DNA of 63,948 bases, the filler included, from Reclinomonas americana ATCC 50394 (lineage: Eukaryota), in assembly GCA_048213135.1 (NCBI GenBank). It is 8 parts of 5 records of this genome, joined end to end, with 100 filler letters (N's around TTAATTAATTAA, not from the genome) between each part and the next. Parts side by side here need not be neighbours in the genome. Positions count along the whole stretch, not along the records: positions 51,068 to 60,580 come from PS015676.1; positions 60,681 to 62,773 come from PS015678.1; positions 62,874 to 63,948 come from PS015686.1; 5 more parts are not named here. One strand, written 5' to 3'. Position numbers and translations under genes: made by a program. The notes beneath the pieces were generated by a model. The model saw nothing but the letters and a program-made list of their open reading frames with translations, was not told the origin of the DNA and searched no databases. Below, piece by piece: positions 51,293-63,948 of this stretch; position 1 is the stretch's first letter, and every line of letters starts with the position of its first letter.

Positions 51293-52391
51293 CATCAAAA
51301 CTGAATTTCTTCGTCTGCTCCTCCTCCGGGTGCGTCACCTGCGCAAAGAATCGCGCAATCCCCTGCGGTTGCAACGCCGCCGGGCTAATGTACACCGGCA
51401 ACGAGGCGGTGGCATCGACGGTGCCACTGGTCGGCAGCAGCGCGCCCCCGTCCGACTGCTTGCTCTGCTGGTGAATGTAGCGCATGGCCTCACGAAATCG
51501 GCGTGACTCCACCGAGTCGCCACGGAACTGGCCGCCGATCGTCGGCAGCAGGTCGGCGAGTGGAATGTCGTCGGGGTCGACGGGTGCGGCCTGGTGAGAA
51601 GGAAAAGTGAGTGCGACATAGGAGAGATTCTCTCTCAATCCCATGCACCTGCGACTCATCGTCGCCCATGGCATCCATGTCCATGCCGCCATCCTCCGCT
51701 GGGAATAGGGAGATGAATTCGGAGCTCGGCCCGCTGCCACGGCACAAGAAAAGGTGAGAAACTAATCACAAGAGGCAGGGGTGGCAAGAGGGCGCACCGA
51801 AACAGGGCATTCTGCATCGACACCACCGACCCGGAGACCACGGCTTTGGGCGCACCGCCGTGCGACGGCTGACGTCCGAGGGTGGACGAGCCGCGCCTCT
51901 GCTCGTCAGCCACGCGGAGGATGGTCGCCGAGGCCGAGGAGATGGCGGGCACGGAGTAAATGCTGCCGCGTCTGTCGGGTGCGGCGGCGGTGGCGGCGAC
52001 AGAGGCGGAGGGTGACGAGTGCAAGGATTGCAGGCGGTGGCGTAATCGGTTGGGTTCGGTGCGGACCTGGAGGGGGAAGGGGGGAGGGGGGAGGGGGGGA
52101 AGTAAGAGGCGGAAAGAGGAAGTGGAAGAGAAGCACACAGATACGAAAGAGAAGCACAAGTCCTCAGTCTCTCTCGCGCACATATAGGTGCTCGACACAC
52201 GCACGCTGCCGAACAGCTGTGCACCTCAGACTCGCTCTTCCTTTCTCCCACCTGAGACTCTCTCTCTCGCACGCACTCTTCCTGTCTCTAAGACACTCTC
52301 CATCTCACACGCCTGAAAACACACATACACCCTCCCGAACAGCCGCGCATCACAGACTCGCTTCTCCCCCTCCTCCCCAGTTACTCCTCTT

Positions 52392-52442
<51 letters not shown>

Positions 52443-53193
52443 CTCTCTCTCTCTCGCACANNNNNNNNNNNNNNNNNNNNNNNNNNNNNNNNNNNNNNNN
52501 NNNNNNNNNNNNNNNNNNNNNNNNNNNNNNNNNNNNNNNNNNNNNNNNNNNNNNNNNNNNNNNNNNNNNNNNNNNNNNNNNNNNNNNNNNNNNNNNNNNN
52601 NNNNNNNNNNNNNNNNNNNNNNNNNNNNNNNNNNNNNNNNNNNNNNNNNNNNNNNNNNNNNNNNNNNNNNNNNNNNNNNNNNNNNNNNNNNNNNNNNNNN
52701 NNNNNNNNNNNNNNNNNNNNNNNNNNNNNNNNNNNNNNNNNNNNNNNNNNNNNNNNNNNNNNNNNNNNNNNNNNNNNNNNNNNNNNNNNNNNNNNNNNNN
52801 NNNNNNNNNNNNNNNNNNNNNNNNNNNNNNNNNNNNNNNNNNGAGAGAGAGAGAGAGAGAGCGAGAGTGAGAGTGAGAGTGAGAAAGAGTGGAACAAAGG
52901 GCGCTGACTGCGGTCAAAGTCTGCGAGAAATGCATCTTGCTCTCACCTCTCTCTAGCACACACACACACTCACACTCACACACACACAGAAAGAGAGTGC
53001 AAAGATGCATTTCCCACACACTTTGACCACAGTCAACACACTCAGTCGTCCTCTCCTCTCCCTTCTCTCTCTCTCTCACTGAAAATCGGACCTTATATGC
53101 CGCCCTCCTGCACTCTGCCAGCGCGACAAGGTCGTGTGGAGAGGCAGAGTGGCCGGAGACTGCGTACCGCTGGAAGATCACGTTGACATCCAT
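51293..53193 (-). CDS. Unknown multi-exon protein, 3' end in gap
   Basis: Exons MDVNVIFQRY...AAYK|, VRTEPNRLRHRLQ..., AEDGGMDMDAMGDDESQ|, AAPVDPDDIPLADLLP...KKFSFD bounded by GT-AG. Confidence 0.55.
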
Positions 53194-53337
53194 TAATTCG
53201 TAAAATATGACAAAGGGACGCAGAAGTCCTGTGCATGAAACGTCGTCACGGCCGCGCTCCGAGTGACACAAGCGTCTGGCAAAAGAGAACCCCCTTTCGT
53301 CACGAATGCACTTGCCGGCAAGAAGCAAACTTGCAAT

Positions 53338-53577
53338 TGAAAGGGAAGATGACTGTTGGAGAAGGAATTATGTGCTTAAGAAAAGATATTGTTGGTGTGC
53401 CAAGATCATTGCCGGCAAGGGATTTGTGGGCGTTCATCGCATTATTGGAATGTGGTGAATGAAGTGATTTTTCATTCACCACAAACGACCACAAATCCCT
53501 TGCCGACAATGATCTTGGCACACCAACAACATACAAAACACATAATTACTCTTCTCCAACAGTCATCTTCCCTTTCA
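53338..53577. ncRNA. 240-nt imperfect inverted repeat (candidate pri-miRNA/hairpin RNA, or MITE)
   Basis: Three nested stems: TGAAAGGGAAGATGACTGTTGGAGAAG / CTTCTCCAACAGTCATCTTCCCTTTCA; TGTTGGTGTGCCAAGATCATTGCCGGCAAGGGATTTGTGG / CCACAAATCCCTTGCCGACAATGATCTTGGCACACCAACA; TGTGGTGAATGAA / TTCATTCACCACA with a 7-nt loop. The inverted repeat is certain; RNA function is inferred. Confidence 0.5.
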
Positions 53578-53952
53578 GGAGGCAACGACAATCAAGCGCG
53601 TGTTGGCCATTTCGTGGCGCAAATAGTGTCAGCGGCCTACGTAGACGCTGAACTCGTTGAAGTTGGGTGCTGCAGTAGCGACGCGATGCCCTGAGGCTGC
53701 GGGTGAGAGATTGTTTGCTTGAGCCTGATTGCCACCGGCACAGCGGAAAGCGAACATTGCACAGTCCGCCCGCAGAATCTCCACACAGCACCTGTCCACC
53801 ATTCGGCGCAGTTGGCCGCTCTCAATGCCCATCTTCTTCAACGACTGTTCTCTTACCCTATCAAATATCCGCCACGCACACAGTTTCCCGGGTTCGACGA
53901 AAGACAAGTTCACCAACTGGATACGCACGCTCTTCCTCTTTCTCCCATGTCA

Positions 53953-54699
53953 TCATATCTTCAACCCCGACGTGCAGTCGCCGCTCGTGGCACACGCCGT
54001 CCCTGTCGACGTGGCCACGACGCCACTCTTCGGCACACACTGCTTGGTCGACGCCGTAAATGTCCACGAGCCGCACGCAGTCAACTGGGAGCACCACAGC
54101 GAGCATGCTTGAGGGCCGGTTGTCGTCTTGATCGCCCACGTGAGATCGCCACCAGGTCGATCTGCATGCCAACACCCACATCAGTCACAGATCTCTCCCT
54201 CACCTCTTTTTCTCTGCGAAGACTCACCCGTGCTGGTCTGGAAGCCGCTGCTGTCGTACGCCGTCGCACTCGTTTTGCGTCCCGACACCAAGCAGAAATG
54301 CGTGCCACAAATGTTGCTGGTCTCTGCATTGGCTGCAGTTGCCGGCACGGTGCTCTGCAAGTTACAAATAATGCAGTGAGTTTGTCGTTCCCTCACACAA
54401 TCTCTTTCTTCGACCACCGATCGTGCCTTCAGGGTGCAAAGGCTCACTCCAAGAGTGTTGGATGCCGCAGCGGCATCCAGGAAGGTCCACGATCGACATT
54501 GCGAGTACTGATCACACATCTCGCAGCATCCGACCTCACTGCGCGCAGAAACAAGGGTCGCCACGATCGTGCCGCCGGGTCGATCCACTGCCTCGAACAG
54601 GCACACTTCCAACGCAGCTGCTTGGTGCAAAAGAGAGTGAGACGGCAGAGGATTGTGCACGCCTGAGTTGACAATGAACGCAACGAGCCACAACTCCAT
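53953..54699 (-). CDS. Small, probably secreted protein with two PAN/apple domains
   Basis: DRPGG...CCEMCDQYSQCRSWTF...CTLK and DRPGGD...ACSLWCSQLTACGSWTF...QCVPKS; start and first intron uncertain. Confidence 0.72.
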
Positions 54700-54999
54700 T
54701 CTGCACCGTTCCGCAACCTGCATTCGATGCTGCACATACACCCAGATCATCATCAATATCATTCACATGGTGAAGTTCCAGGCAATACATAAGGTGCACA
54801 AGAACATCGATAGAGAGAGAGAGAGAGAGAGAGAGAAGAAAAGAGAGGGACGAGTACATGCGCACGTCTCCGTTGACAGAACCACACCCGAAGCGGCAGC
54901 AACAGGGCATGAACGATGGTAATATTCCCACTCTCTTCTGCACACTAAATAGTGCAACAACCCAATATATGTGTGCAATCGCCGCGCTGCCCTTCCATC

Positions 55000-60908
<5,909 letters not shown>

Positions 60909-61168
60909 AACGCTGACGTGAGGGTGTGGATGGGAGAAAGCGTGGGAGACTGATAAATGATAAGAACGAACGGAAACGCCAGATTTTGGCGCCAAGAAGT
61001 AAGCTAAATCTTCGAATAACGCGAACATAACCAACTGCGTCCTCGCTCTCTCGCCCTCGCCCAATCGTCTCCAGTTTCCTTGTCCTTCCTCATCGCTGCC
61101 TCGCAACTTTTTCATTCACACAGACGTCCACTTCACCAACCAAAACCCGCCAGCGCCTCAACGCGAGC

Positions 61169-61670
61169 TCACTTGTAGTCCACCCTCAAGTCCACCGGCA
61201 CCATGTCCTCCATTCCTCCAGGCAGCGGTACCAGGTCGAACAACGTCACCACCTCACCGCCCATGACAAACTCCGACAGACTCTTCTCCAAGTTCACCTC
61301 GGTTCTATCACGAACATGCGTGTGTGAGAGAGATAGAGAACTGAAGCAAAATGCGAGCCCCTTCTCCCTTTCCGCTCACCTGGCCTTCAGCGCCGGCACA
61401 CTGCAATCGTAAATGTTCGTGCCCGCCTTGGCCAGGCGCACCACATTGTGCACGTGAACCACCGGCGAGTGCTTGAGGCTCTCCAAAAAGTCAAAGACGG
61501 TGCTCTCGCTCGCCACCTGAATCGAGCGCACGCCGCCGCGACCGCACACCGGGCAGTTGGGGTTCCTGTGGGCGAGGGGGAAAGGGGGTAAGGAGGGGAA
61601 GAGAGGTAACACAAGAAACAAAGGCAAAGAACATGGGAGGGGAAGGAGAAAATAGAGTGTGCGTGTGTGT

Positions 61671-61716
<46 letters not shown>

Positions 61717-62692
61717 AGTACGAAGAAGACGAGAACGANNNNNNNNNNNNNNNNNNNNGTAAGAGAGAGAGAGAGAGAGAGAAGAAGACAAAGAACATAG
61801 AGAGAGCGAGAGAGAGAGAGAGAGAGCAAGCATTTGAAATGCAAGTTGTGGAGTCGACAAAGTAGGGACAGAGTCATCGACCATGAGCGACACTCAGTCA
61901 GATATCTCTCTCCCCGTCTCTTCACCATTGTCTCCCTCCCACCCTCCCTTCCCTTCACCCTCCCCATCCCACACTCACTTCTCAATGCACTGCGTTGACG
62001 TGTGCACTCCCTCCAGTCCCACCACCAGCATGAAATCATTCAAGTTGCTGGCAAACAGTGTCAACAACTTGATGGCCTCGCTGCAGCAGACGGCCGAGAT
62101 GGTCGCGTTGGTGGAGGCAATGGCCGGAATAATATTCTTCACCACGCCTTGCGTCAGCTGCAGTGTCACGCCCTGGATGTTGAATTGCTCGGCGCGCGCT
62201 ACCGACTGCTCAAACACCCACTTGATGTGCTCGGGATTGTCCGTGTCGAAGGAGACGCCCGGGTTGCTGCCGTCCCACTGGTACCGCACGTACAGGATGC
62301 AGTGCTCGGGGAGACGCGGGGCGGACTTGAGAGTGCACAGCGGCACCGCGTCGCGTGGCGGGAACAGGTTGAGAATGCACTCGAAACAGGCGGTCTTGTG
62401 GGGGATGATGACTTTGACTTGGCCCATGAATCCTGCGAGCGACGAAAGGATTGAGGGGAAGAGTGAAGGAGAAGTGTCTTTTTTTGTTCCTTATTGCTCA
62501 CCCTCGGTACCGCCATCCACCATCGGAATGCAAGTCGACATGTCGACCTCGCCCGTTTCCGGATCTCGCTGACACAACTCCACCAACTTGGCGTTCATCC
62601 ACGCGCGCGGTGCCACGGCGTCGAGGCCCGTAATCACCACGTGGAACTGGCGGTAAAAGTCGTCGTCCTTGTCCTGGATGGCGCAGTTGTGC
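61169..62692 (-). CDS. UBA3: NEDD8-activating enzyme E1 catalytic subunit; 5' part missing at the gap
   Basis: IQDKDDDFYRQFHVVITGLD, IPMVDGGTE|GFMGQVKVIIP..TACFEC, PLCTLKSAPRLPEHC, ARAEQFNIQGVTLQLTQGVVKNIIPAIASTNA, CPVC. Confidence 0.93.
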
Positions 62693-62940
62693 CTGCGGGG
62701 GGATGGGGGGGTCAGGCAGGGAGGAGAGGTGAGAAACGAGGGATGGGCGCAACGGATTGACTTTGCAGCCAGGNNNNNNNNNNNNNNNNNNNNNNNNNNN
62801 NNNNNNNNNNNNNNNNNTTAATTAATTAANNNNNNNNNNNNNNNNNNNNNNNNNNNNNNNNNNNNNNNNNNNNATATATATATATATGTGTGTGTGTGGG
62901 TGTGTGTGTATCTAACATGCACATCGTATGTGCGTCGTAG

Positions 62941-63654
62941 GCGCCGGAAATGTGCGGCTGGGACGAGGAGTTTGAGGAGTGGGGCGTCGCTGCCGACATG
63001 TGGTCTTTTGGTGTGACGCTCGCACTTTTGCTGCTCAAACGTCAGCGCCCTTGGTACAGCGACATGGTGCATCCGATGGACGTGCGTCCCATGCTGCTCA
63101 AGGCCGTCGGCACATTGGCGAAGTCGATGTCGGCAGAGGAGTCGCGTGCGCTGGCCGAAGCTGTCGATTTGCTCGAACGGTTGCTTGTGATCCGTCCGGA
63201 TGATCGAATCACTGCGGCAGATGCTCTGCGTCACCCGTTCTGCGAGCGCGGCCGCAGGGTGACTGGTGCGCTCGTCGGCGCCGGTAGCCATCGCGTCGAT
63301 GAGGTACGGAGAAGTGCTGAGCGGTTGCTGTTTACTTCGTGCGTTAACTGTGTACTCGTGAATTTGTGTCGACGTGAACAGGAGGTGCGAGTGACGCAGC
63401 TGCAGCCCGCAGTGCAGAATCCGATGACTGCGGTCCCCGAACAACAGGTTTCCGATGGCACTGAGCGGCAGCCATCGCGAAGCGCCGGCAGTCAGCATCA
63501 CCAGCACGGACGCCGTCCGTTTGGAGTGTTGTCACAGTCGGACGTGAATCGGCGTGAAGTGCGTGCAGGCAGTGCAAGCAAGAAGATGACGACCGCCGAA
63601 GCACCTCAGCCGCCGGACGCACAGTGGCGTAAGTCAAAGCGAGAGCTTCACTAG
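62941..63654 (+). CDS. Ser/Thr protein kinase, subdomains VIII-XI and C-terminal tail (5' part missing)
   Basis: tag|APEM...ADMWSFGV...AVDLLERLLVIRPDDRITAADALRHPF; probable intron at 63304-63381. Confidence 0.85.
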   Translation, partial: APEMCGWDEEFEEWGVAADMWSFGVTLALLLLKRQRPWYSDMVHPMDVRPMLLKAVGTLAKSMSAEESRALAEAVDLLERLLVIRPDDRITAADALRHPFCERGRRVTGALVGAGSHRVDEVRRSAERLLFTSCVNCVLVNLCRREQEVRVTQLQPAVQNPMTAVPEQQVSDGTERQPSRSAGSQHHQHGRRPFGVLSQSDVNRREVRAGSASKKMTTAEAPQPPDAQWRKSKRELH

Positions 63655-63948
63655 ACACGCAGGCGTGGACAGTCGTATAGAGACACCACCAATACAACTC
63701 ACGTACGTATATACCACAAGCAAAAAAAAAAAAAGGAATGCGGCTTCGAAGCTTCGACCAAAATCGAGAAACAGTTTTGCATCTTGTGTATGCATATGAT
63801 GTGATCGGCAACAAGGGCAGGATCCAGAATTACAAGGCTTGGCGCCGCGCACGTTCGCTGACAACAATTTGTTGTCAGTGTGGATCCGGAGCTTAGAGAC
63901 GCCGACGGCGATCATGTTTCCGCTGGATGAGGATCCCATTCTGCGGTG

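Noticed and set aside
53629..53928. Possible small minus-strand gene between the PAN gene and the hairpin
   Set aside because: No ATG at the ORF start, no recognisable domain, ambiguous splicing; may be UTR

Overview
Eukaryotic, intron-dense, microsatellite-rich draft scaffold with many N gaps and TTAATTAATTAA join linkers. It uses the standard code and probably comes from a flagellated, mitochondriate protist (inferred from IFT70 and a TACO1 with a presequence). I spliced the genes by hand: a giant secreted Ig-like/NHL/FN3 protein, the GCP2 3' end, RPC4, TACO1/YebC, a GPR137/TOM1-like 7TM protein, TTC30/IFT70, a HEPN-NACHT-pentapeptide-WD40 NLR-like gene, an ArfGAP2/3 fragment, a two-PAN-domain protein, an NHL/FN3/cadherin-repeat protein, UBA3 and a kinase fragment. 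The strongest unexpected signal is in splicing. When the last exon base is not G, most donors read GT-T-(G/A)(C/A/T)G, i.e. the usual donor motif shifted by one nucleotide; donors preceded by G almost never do. There is also a likely U2-type AT-AC intron, GC-AG introns, and purine tracts at the 5' end of long introns. Other leads are two neighbouring long hairpins (miRNA-like), NHL propellers inserted inside FN3-like domains, and a palindrome-core minisatellite. All gene models and counts are manual and lack transcript support.
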